From: the human T2T-CHM13v2.0 reference genome, Homo sapiens
Length of the DNA stretch: 64,000 nucleotides
Strand: one strand, 5' to 3'
Assembly: GCF_009914755.1 (NCBI RefSeq)
Contig: NC_060934.1
The notes beneath the pieces are model-generated. The model made no database searches. It saw only the letters and a list, made by a program, of their open reading frames with translations, and was not told where the DNA came from. This document shows, in pieces, positions 52,629-64,000 of this stretch. Made by a program: the position numbers and the translations under genes. How positions within the stretch are numbered: the stretch's first letter is position 1; each line of letters opens with the position of its first letter.

Positions 52629-52929
52629 CTGAATTCTCTCTACTCGCTCAAAGTATCAGAGGTTTCAGAGTCTGAATTCTCTCTACTCGCTCAAAGTATC
52701 AGAGGTTTCGGAGTCTGAATTCTCTCTACTCGCTCAAAGTATCAGAGGTTTCAGAGTCTGAATTCTCTCTACTCGCTCAAAGTATCAGAGGTTTCGGAGT
52801 CTGAATTCTCTCTACTCGCTCAAAGTATCAGAGGTTTCGGAGTCTGAATTCTCTCTACTTGCTCAAAGTATCAGAGGTTTCAGAGTCTGAATTCTCTCTA
52901 CTCGCTCAAAGTATCAGAGGTTTCGGAGT
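52629..52929. repeat. 43-bp VNTR, 7 near-identical copies
   Basis: Unit ctgaattctctctactcgctcaaagtatcagaggtttc(a/g)gagt at 52629, 52672, 52715, 52758, 52801, 52844, 52887. Confidence 0.98.
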
Positions 52930-53466
52930 GCAGCAGCTTGTTCACTTAGAGGTCCTGGCTTGACCTGTCTGTCCTGGCAACAGACAACTGGGCCCCAGTC
53001 TGTTCTGGCTCTGGATTCACCTCTGAGAGCAATTCACATTGGCAACTGTGATCCACAAAGTCATGTGGGCCCTTGGTTAAGTGAGGTCATTTGGATTTGA
53101 ATGTTGCTTTTAACGGCTTCTAATTTTGCCCATAAAATGTTTCAATCATAAAAATCCTTATTTTTAGTACCAAATTGGAAATGTCGTCAACAAATCACTT
53201 CATCTACAGTCACTGAGGTGATTTCAAAGAGCCCCTTCCGTCTGGCCAGTTCTCTTGCTCTCAGCCCTGCCAAGACCACACCATAAACCCAATTTTTTAA
53301 TTTGGAATGCTAGAGTTGGCTGCAACCAAATTTAGTGTGCACTTTCAGCTCACTCAATCTCTTGGTTTCCCCTCTTACATTATGTACATGTATATCTGTC
53401 CTCCCCAACTAGATGTAGGTATTTTAAGGGTACACATGTACCACAGGCATCAACATACCACCTACA

Positions 53467-53912
53467 TGGTAGGGTTTGAATGTAAATGTTCCCCCACATT
53501 CAACTGTTGGAACTTAAAGCCCAGTATGATAGTATTAAAAGGTGGGACCTTTTGGAAGTGATTAAGTCACGAGGGCTTCCGGCCTCATGAAAGGGATTCA
53601 TGTCCTTATGAAAGAGGTTTCCGAGAGGGCCTCGCCCTTCTATGTCTTCCGCTGTGTGAAGGCACTACATTTGTCCCTTTTTCCCTTCCATCTCTTCTAC
53701 TATTTGAAAACATTGCATTTGTTCCCTCTGAAGGATGCAGCAACAAGGCGCCATCTTGGAAGCAGAGAGCGAGGCCTTGCCGGACACTGAATCTGCTAGC
53801 ACCTAGATCTTGGACTTCCTAGGTTCCAGAAATGTAAGCAATAAGTTTCTATTATTTATAAATTACCTAAGTCTAAGGTATTTTGTCATAGCAGCAGAAA
53901 TGGACTAAGACA
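53467..53912 (+). mobile_element. MST (C/D-type) MaLR solo LTR
   Basis: ggatgcagcaacaaggcgccatcttggaagcagagag...ggactaagaca. Confidence 0.85.
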
Positions 53913-53954
53913 TGACATATTTTGGGAAAATGGTTTTGTCTAGTGCTTTGTTGA

Positions 53955-54193
53955 AAGAAAGAATGCAAAGGAGAGAGGAAGGGGGAGAGAGAAGGGGGTG
54001 TGAAAAGGAGGCCAAGGGAGGGAGAAAGAGAGGAAGGAGGGAACAAAGGAAGGGAGGAAATGAGGAAGGGAGGAAGGAGGGAAGGAGGGAGGGAAGGAGG
54101 AAGGGAGGGATGGAGGAAGAAAGGAAGGAAGGAAGGCAGAAAGGGAGGGAGGGAAGGAGGGAGGGAGGAAGGGAAGGGAGGGAAGGAAGAAAG
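53955..54193. repeat. Polypurine GGAA/GGAG low-complexity tract
   Basis: About 240 bp, almost all purines on the + strand. Confidence 0.92.
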
Positions 54194-54800
54194 GCTTTTA
54201 CCAGCACAAAAGAAAACTATAAAAGATGGCCTTATGTTTGTACTGAAAAGACTAACTTGATAACTTGATATTTGGTCAAAATAGTGTTTATGTTCTGTTG
54301 ACACCCTAACATGTTTTACACATTACAGTTAAAATATATTCCTTTAAGTGTTCATAAGGTTAGGAGCCCAGGGAAACAAAAGAAATGAATGAAGTGCAAG
54401 GGTCTACTCTGCTTTTCATTAAAGAAACCCTGATTCAATTTATTTCAGCTTTATGTTATCTTTTTCCATCTTCCAACTGACTGAATTAGTTAGTAACTTA
54501 ATTATGAATTAAACTGAAGGCTATCTTGAGTACTCTTGATATGCAGGAAAGAACAAGAGCCTAAATAATATATATATTTTAAATCCTTAGGTAAGGATAT
54601 AGTTCTCTTGCTGCTCTGTAAATACCATGACCCTTATTTTTAAAATGTAATACCATATTCCCTGACTGGAAAGAAACATAATGGTCCATTATATTATCAT
54701 TATATTTTTTATTCTGGGTCCTAAATCATTCAATGAGATAAAACAAAATGCCCCATTAATGTTAACTATTGATCTATTCAAATATAAATTTTAAAAACTA

Positions 54801-54995
<195 letters not shown>

Positions 54996-55125
54996 AAAAT
55001 GGGGGAAATTATTTAATGTAATAAAGTACCATTTTTATACATTTCTGATTATATTTAAAAGGAAATATCCTAAACAACATATTGTTTATGTAGACTCAAC
55101 TAAATCCAATTATTATTATTTTTTA

Positions 55126-55425
<300 letters not shown>

Positions 55426-56216
55426 CTAGTAACTTCTGGTATAGCATTTTGAACTTCCATTAAAATATGGTATGCAACAACAGAAAAAAAAAAAAAAAGT
55501 ACCACCAGGAAAATCTAGTATTGGGGATCATTTCAACTTAATATAAGTCCAAGAGAATTGCAAACAAAATGAGCCTGACTAACTGAAGAGAATAGGGAAA
55601 GACTCTCTTCCTGCTCCAGTATTATTTTCCAGGTCTGATATATAAGACCTGGGCCATGGAGAAGACTGAGCAGCTGTTCCTGTTCTGCATGTGTAGACTT
55701 TTGAGATACTCATGATGCTATCAGTCTTTGCTCACCTTCACTGCACCTCTTCAACCAGCTCCTTTCTTTCTAAATCCATTTGGAGGCTGCAATCACCATA
55801 AAATAAATTGAGCAGAAAAGTCAGTGGAGGTCTGGAAGTAATGCTTTTAGTTCCAAAAAATTAGTCTGCCCAGATTCAATCAAAGACAAAACATTTTATA
55901 CAGCAACAGCTCAGCCCACGCTCCTCACTCTACACTGTCTACTTAATATTGCTCTCCTTGCATGTCCTGCTGACATAGTGAGTCCAGAGTGGACTCACAA
56001 TCTTCCTCCTAGAACACACACGCTCTCTCCCAACAAAAGGCACTGTCATTCACCCAGTTAATTATCCTACAAGTTGCCGGTAGTTCTTACTCCTCCTTCT
56101 CCCTCATTCATATCCAAATCTGTCATTTCTGCCTCTTACTCATTTGTCAAAAGCATTCATTACTCCCCATCACCACACTACTTCCAGCCTTCACCCTCTC
56201 TTCTTTTTAGGAGTAG

Positions 56217-56522
<306 letters not shown>

Positions 56523-56533
56523 GGTGTGGTTAC

Positions 56534-57729
56534 TTTTTTTTTTTAATTTTACTTTAAATTCTGGGATACATGTGCAGAATGTATAGGTTTCTTACATAGG
56601 TATACATGTGCCTTGGTGGTTTGCTGCACCTACCAACCCATCATCTAGGTTTCAAGCCCCACGTGCATTAGGTATTTTATTTGACCTAATGCTCTCCCTC
56701 CCCTTGACCCCTACCCACTGATGGGCCCCAGTGTGTGCTGTCCCCTCCCTGTGTCTATGTTTTCTCATTGTTCAACTCACACTTATGAGTGAGAACATGC
56801 GGTGTTTGGTTTTCTGTTCCTGTGCTAGTTTGCTGAGGATCATGGCTTCTAGCTTCATGCATGTCCCTGCAAAAGACATGATCTCATTCTTTTTTATGGC
56901 TGCATAGTATTCCATGGTATATATGTACCAGATTTTCTTTATCCAGTCTATCATTGATGGGCATTTGGGTTGGTTCCAAGTCTTTGCTATTGTAAATAGT
57001 GCTGCAATAAACATACGAGTGCATGTGTCTTTACAGTACAATGATTTATATTCCTTTGGGTATATACACAGTGATGGGATTGCTGGGTCAAATGGTATTT
57101 CTGGTTCTAGATCCTTGAGGAATTGCCACACTGTCTTCCACAATGGTTAAACTAATTTATTTTCCCACCAACAGTGTAAAAGTGTTCCTGTTTCTCCACA
57201 GCCTCGCCAGCATCTATTTCTTGACTTTTTAATAATTTCCATTCTGACTGGCATGAGATAGTATCTCACTGTAGTTTTGGTTTGCATTTCTCTAATGATC
57301 AGTGATGATGAGCTTTTTTTCATATGTTTGTTGGCCGCATAAATGCCTTCTTTTGAGAAGTGTCTGTTCATATCCTTTGCCCACTTTTTGATGGGGTTGT
57401 TTTTTTCTTGTAAATTTGCTTAAGTTCCTTGTAGATTCTGGATATTAGACCTTTGTAAGATGGATAGATTGCAAAAATTTTCTCCCATTCTGTAGGTTGC
57501 CTGTTCACTCTGATGCTAGTTTCTTTTGCTGTGCAGCAGCTCTTTAGTTAGATGCCATTCGTCAATTTTGGCTTTTGTTGCTGTTGTTTTGGTGTTTTAG
57601 TCATGAAGTCTTTGCCCATGCCTCTGTCCTGAATGACATTGCCTAGGTTTTCTTCTAGGGTTTTTATGGTTTTGGGTTTTACATTTAAGTCTTTAATCCA
57701 TCTTGAGTTAATTATTATACAAGGTGTAA
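56534..57729 (-). mobile_element. L1PA7/8-type, 5'-truncated, ~1.2 kb
   Basis: ORF2 C-terminal peptides ([13 protein letters not shown]; [15 protein letters not shown]) with frameshifts and stops; 3' UTR; gttactttt on both sides. Confidence 0.93.
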
Positions 57730-57734
57730 CCACA

Positions 57735-58120
57735 GTTACTTTTGTGTATCCACTTGCCTGGGTCACAGGGTGCCCAGATATTTGGTCAAACAACTCTGGG
57801 TATCTCTGTGAGGGTGATTCCGGGTGAGATTAATGTTTCAATAGGCATATTGACCAAAGCAGATTGCCCTGCCTCATGTGGGTGGACCTCATCCAATCAG
57901 TTGAAGGCTTGAATAGAACAAAAAGTCCAACCGTCTTGTGAGTAAGAGAGAATTCCTCCTGCCTGAATGCCCTAGATAGGACATCAGTCTTTTCCTGCAT
58001 TAGGACTCAAACTGAAACCTCAGCTTTCCTTGGATCTTAAGCCTGCTGGCCTTTGGCCTGGAACTTACACCATTGGTTTTCATGGTTCTTGGGCTTTCGG
58101 ACTCAGACTGGAGCTACATG
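57735..58120 (+). mobile_element. MLT2-type ERVL LTR (first bases lie at ~56525, before the L1)
   Basis: cacagggtgcccagatatttggtcaaac...aaagcagattgccct...catccaatcagttgaaggc. Confidence 0.85.
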
Positions 58121-58697
58121 CCTCCCCACCCTGTCCCATTTTCCACAGAGCATCCGGGGTGATCTCAAACTACACATCTGATCATGGCACCACCCTGCCT
58201 AAAATCCTCTAAAGGCTTTTTATTCATCTTAGGAAAATACCCCAAATCCTCAACAAAGGCTGCATGGTCTGCCCAATGGGGCCCCTGCACTTAGCTTTAG
58301 CCACTGTAGGCTTCTTTTTATCCAAATGCCCTAAACTCTTTCCTGTCTCTGTGGCTTTGTACATTCAGTTTCCCTGCCTGAAATAGTTTTTCTTCCACCG
58401 TTTATGATGCTAACTCTAATTCATCCTTTATTGCCTCCACTTGAGGAAATTTCCACAAGTTTCCCAACCTGCAATTCTAGAACAATGGTACCATTATATG
58501 TCACACCCTGCATTTTCCTCCGCGACCATGCGTGTTGCTAAAGGTTGCTTATGTAATGGTTTGTTTGATGTTTATTCCACCACTGCTCTGCAATTCCATG
58601 CCCGTGGGGGTATCTGCAATGCTTGCGGGAATTGCACATAGGAAGCCTTCTAACAATATTTGTTGACAAAAATGAATGAATATGTTATTTGCAATAA

Positions 58698-59026
<329 letters not shown>

Positions 59027-59837
59027 AAACCTATATAAATAAAATAACATGAGTAAATATGAAAGCATGGACAAACACAGTCTTTTTTGTAAAAAAATAA
59101 AGGCAAAACCATTTAAGTACCAGAACATACTCCAAACTGCTATGCCTCTTCCTTAATATCAGAGAATTTGTATGTTTAAATTTAGTTTGTGAAAGCGAAA
59201 TACTTTATTTTAAAAACCTGAATTAGCATTTTAATACATAATAATATGTGTTCTCTAATAACTAGGTTGCAATATAAAAACGATTTAATTTCTTCATATA
59301 ATATAATGGGTGCCAGTGGGATTGTGTAAGGGAGATGGAGGTACCTGTGGAACTATGAAGGAGAGAGAGACAGTAAGTAAGTAAGGGAAATATCAGCAGA
59401 AGTAATAAAGCGCGATCCTCAAGTGCTTCTAGAAAACTCAAGGGAGATGTCAGCACAGGGTCTCAGAGCTGACTGGGCAGGTTTGAAGCTGGACTGTGCT
59501 ATCAGTTTAGGGGCATGAATTCATGAAATAAGATCTTTAATATCACTAAATTTGTACTCAGAGTCATGGGGAAATTTGGATTCCATATGTAAAATACCTG
59601 GCACATTATGGCTGAATAAATTTTAGTTTAATCACTTTTGGTTTTATTTTTTGTGTTTTGTTGTTATTGATGTTTTGTCAATTAAAAACAAAACAAAAAT
59701 GACTTAGTTTAGGTTAAATTTCATTTACAGTGTATTAAAATGATGCTTCCTTTACAGCTCAGATCTGAGTTGTATCATTACGTTTTTTTCCTAAGCATGG
59801 GAATATTTTGAGTCATATCTTCCACCCCTAGTGAACA

Positions 59838-60081
<244 letters not shown>

Positions 60082-60188
60082 AGTTGGATCACTTTTGAAT
60101 GACCTCAATGATTCAATTCTTTTTACTGGAGAAGGCTAATAAGCCAGACATCTGCACCTAAGTTCCTCTTTATATTGGCTTATATTGG

Positions 60189-60250
60189 CTAGGTGGATCC
60201 TATATATATATATAGGATGATTCCTATATATATATATAGGATCCACCTAG
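60189..60250. repeat. Perfect 29-bp inverted repeat with 4-nt loop
   Basis: ctaggtggatcc(ta)7gga - tgat - tcc(ta)7ggatccacctag. Confidence 0.97.
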
Positions 60251-60253
60251 ATC

Positions 60254-60438
60254 CTATTTTCAAACTTTACTGTGAGAAAGAGCTAAGAAGTTTGTAGAAA
60301 TACCAGCTCCAGGGCCTACCGCCGCCCGCAGAGACTTTCATTCAGTGGTTCTGAGATGGGGCACAAAAATCAGGATTTCAGCAAGCTCAAGGAGTTTCTG
60401 ATGTAGATGGTCCACTGGCCACAGTTTGAGAAATGCTG
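60254..60438. mobile_element. MER5-type hAT MITE
   Basis: ttttcaaactt...ttcattcagtggttctgagatgggg...ccacagtttgagaaatgctg. Confidence 0.7.
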
Positions 60439-60495
60439 ATGTTGAACCTGTGAATAGACCTATGGTAACTATACTTTAAAACTACTGCACATGGT

Positions 60496-60861
60496 TGATA
60501 TGGTTTGGCTGTGTCCCCACACAAATCTCATCTTGAACAGTAGTTCCCATGATCCCCACATGTCATGGAAGGAACCCAGTGGGAGGTAACTGAATCATGG
60601 GGGTGGGTTTTTCCCCATGCTGTTCTCGTGATAGTGGGTAAGTCTCACAAGATCTGATGGTTTTATAAATGGGTGTTCCCCTGCACAAGCTCTCTTGCCT
60701 GCCACCACGTAAGACATGGCTTTGTTCCTCCTTTGCCTTCTGCCGTGATTGTGAGGCCTCCCCAGCCATGTGGAACTGTGAGTCCATTAAACCTCTTTTT
60801 CTTTATGTATTACGCAGTCTTGGGTATGTCTTTATTAGCAGCATGAGAACAGACTAATACA
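60496..60861 (+). mobile_element. THE1C-like solo LTR
   Basis: tgatatggtttggctgtgtcccc...agactaataca; flanks atggt/atggg. Confidence 0.93.
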
Positions 60862-61006
60862 ATGGGATACTATGGTGTTGAACCATAAATAAATAAATAA
60901 GATAGACTTGAAGAAAACACATAAGCCTCTGGGTGGTGAAATTCTTACCAGTCTTAATTTCTTTTGTACTTTTCTATATTCCCTGACTTTTATGTTGAGA
61001 TGCACT

Positions 61007-61456
61007 TATTTTTTTAGCTTTTATTTTTAAGTGTAGGGGTACAAGTACAGGTTTGTTACATAGGTAAACTTGTGTCATGGGGGTTTGTCATACAGATTAT
61101 TTATCACCCACATATCAAGCCTAGTACCCGTTAGTTATCTTTCCTGATCCTCTTCCTCCTTCTACCATCCAACCTCTGATGGGCCCCAGTGTGTGTTGTT
61201 CCCCTTTTTGTGTCTGTGTGTTCTCATCATTTAGCTCCCACTTGTAAGTGAGAACATGTGGTATTTGGTTTTCTGTCTGTGTTAGTTTGCTAAGGATAAT
61301 GGCCTCCAGCTCCATCCATGTCCCTGCAAAGGACATGATGTCATTCCTTTTTATGGCTTCATAGTATTCCATGGTATATATGTACCACACTTTCTTTATC
61401 GAGTCTATCATTGATGGGTATTTAGGTTGATTCCATGTCTTTGCTATTGTGAATAG
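61007..61456 (-). mobile_element. L1PA13-16-type 3' end
   Basis: Antisense 3' UTR and ORF2 terminus ([11 protein letters not shown]); gagatgcac on both sides. Confidence 0.9.
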
Positions 61457-61506
61457 GAGATGCACATTTTTAAAACCAGAAAGAAATGTTTTAAAAATGA
61501 TTAACA

Positions 61507-61635
61507 GCTGGACATGGTGGCACATGCCTGTAGTCCCAGCTACTCAGGAGGCTGAGGCAGGAGGATCGCTTAGGCCCTGGAGTTTCAATCTAGCCTGGGC
61601 AACATAGCAAGACCCCGTGTCTAAAAATAAATTAA
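61507..61635 (+). mobile_element. FLAM_A-like Alu monomer
   Basis: gtagtcccagctactc monomer lacking the right-arm insert. Confidence 0.75.
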
Positions 61636-62465
61636 TTAGTTAATTAAAAAATAACAATGAGTATACGCTCTCTTGGTTTTAGTCTATGGTTCACTCATAC
61701 CAGTGGACCAGTATGAAACAGAAAATATTTGAAGGAAATACACTAAAATATTAAAGGTAGAGTAATAGGTTTCGGCGGAGAAAGAGATCCTCTTCTTGCG
61801 TTACTTTTTAGCTCTTTACTCACCTTTTTGGTGGAAGAACGTTAACTTTATCTTTAAAATATAATAAGGATGTTTTCTATCCAAAGAGTTATCATCCATT
61901 CTCAAACCATTTTATAAAGTGCCTGACAGTTTTGACAGAAGTAATGCCAAGTATCCATCACAATTCCTGCTCAGATACTGAAAATAAAGCAACACAAAAC
62001 TGGGAAGGCCCTGAAATTGTTTCGATTGAGTCTCAAATGTCCTTCTTTTGTTATGTTCTTTCTCCTGTGCTGGCTTAAGTTCCTCCAGCCTCACCCCACC
62101 CCATATTTTCTGGCATAGTCATTTCCTTTTCTTAAATCCCCTGCCCCTATCCAAACAAACACCAAGTATTGCTTCATTTTCATCTTTAAAGTACTCACAA
62201 ATGTTAACTCAAGGAGTCCCTTGTGCCTAGAGAAAGCCCACCTACACTGACCCCCTTACTTCCATACTTCCTCGCTTTCTTAGGCAGAAATAATGAGGGT
62301 CCAGAACTTCAGCCCTCCTGACTCCAGCACTCACAGCCTGCAGCCACTGTCGACCTTGAGACCACAGTACTAATCCCATTTTACCCTTTGCCTCTAGTTC
62401 AGTCCCAGCAGCTCCTGACTCCCAGATCACTTCTTATATCTTGCGTTCTAATGATTATTAGATTA

Positions 62466-62765
<300 letters not shown>

Positions 62766-63059
62766 GATTACAGTTCTGCCTATGGCTTTTCTGTCCTTCC
62801 CTGTAACTGCTCTTTATCTCCCAAAAATCCCCCTCCACTGTGTTCATTGAAACTTATGGTCCATTCATCAGCATAATCCGTTAAACCTCAACTTCTCTCT
62901 CAAACCAGTCAGTTTTGCCATGGTGCAACATGATCATTACTAAAACCCACCATGCTATTCGAAATGACCTTATAAAAACCACAGAGTTTATGGAAAAAGT
63001 AGCATTGGGGCACAATACTCAAATACTTTGCCAGTGACACCTTAAAAAAATAGTAACCT

Positions 63060-63865
63060 AATTAAAAGAGCAGCACAGTTTTCCATATGTTAAATGGTTA
63101 GGAAGGATATTACAAGAAATACGGCACTTTACCTTGAAAAAGACATGAAGTGTGCCTATGGAAGTGGGTCACAAGGAAATCAAACCAGAACTAAATAACA
63201 ATACAGTAACCAGGAAACCCCCCAGATAACTGAAAATGATATAGTACACTTCTCAGTAAACCATGGATCAAAGACGAAATCACACTGGAAATTAGAAAAT
63301 GTTTTGAGCCAAATGATAATAAAAATGATACATCAAAATCTATAGTCTGCAACTAAAGCAGCGCTTAGAAGAAAAGTTATTCAGTTTTAAATGCACATAT
63401 TAGAAAGAGAATATTCAAAGTCAATGATCTAAACTTTCACTTCAAAAAGCTAGAATCCAAACAGCAAAATAAACCCACAGAAACTAAAGCATGGAAATAA
63501 TAGATGAAGGAGGAAACTCATGAAATAAAAAAAGACAAAACATGGAGAAAATCAACAAAACCAAAGTTGGTTTTTGGAAAGATTAGTAAAACCAGTAATC
63601 CTTAGGAAAAAAAAGAAAGAGAAAAAACACTTATAACAAATATCATGAATGAATAAAAGGACAGCATTCTGGATCCTATGACATTAAGGAAATACTAAGG
63701 GCCAATGCCTAATTTAAAGAAAATTCCAGGCCCAGAATTCACTGGTGAATCCTAGTTAACTTTTAAGGAAGACGTAATCACAATAATACACAAGCTTTTT
63801 GTGTAAAAAGGAAGACAGAACACAAGCTTTTTGTGTAAAAAGGAAGACAGAACATTTTCCAACTC
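63060..63865 (+). mobile_element. Ancient L1M ORF2 fragment
   Basis: ccatggatcaaagacgaaatcac...ggaaattagaaaat...gagaaaatcaacaaaaccaaag...ttcactggtgaat. Confidence 0.8.
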
Positions 63866-64000
63866 TTTTTTTTTTTGAAACTGAGTCTCACTCTGTCGCC
63901 CAGGCTGTAGTACAGGGGTGTGATCTCAGCTCACTGCAAACTCCACCTCCCAGGTACAAGCAATTCTCATGTCTCAGCTTCCCGAGTAGCTGGGATTACA
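63866..64000 (-). mobile_element. Alu right arm, cut by the window end
   Basis: Poly-T then gagtctcactctgtcgcccaggc. Confidence 0.92.

Noticed and set aside
52629-52929. CRISPR-like array
   Set aside because: Head-to-tail repeats with no unique spacers, no cas genes and a primate context.
53873-54304. Overlapping Pro/Ser-rich and Glu/Gly/Arg-rich ORFs
   Set aside because: Artefacts of a stop-poor polypurine tract.

Overview
Repeat-dense primate (human-like) genomic DNA, intronic or intergenic. I see no credible protein-coding exon, CpG-island promoter, prokaryotic gene or CRISPR array. The listed ORFs come from Alu, L1, LTR or low-complexity sequence, or are chance ORFs. The window holds about 40 Alu/FLAM/FRAM copies and several L1 fragments, including a young 5'-inverted L1PA inserted into an Alu. 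It also has ERV1, MaLR and ERVL LTRs (several with readable TSDs), hAT-type DNA transposon relics, a 3'-truncated 7SK pseudogene, a 35-nt U2 snRNA pseudogene and two 42-43 bp tandem arrays. I cannot support a new biological system here. The most notable signals are mechanistic: a candidate Alu 3' transduction, repeated reuse of the same insertion targets, a perfect 29-bp nested palindrome, and several locally templated or fold-back insertion scars. Subfamily names come from recalled consensus motifs and need RepeatMasker/Dfam confirmation. Boundaries of old elements are approximate.
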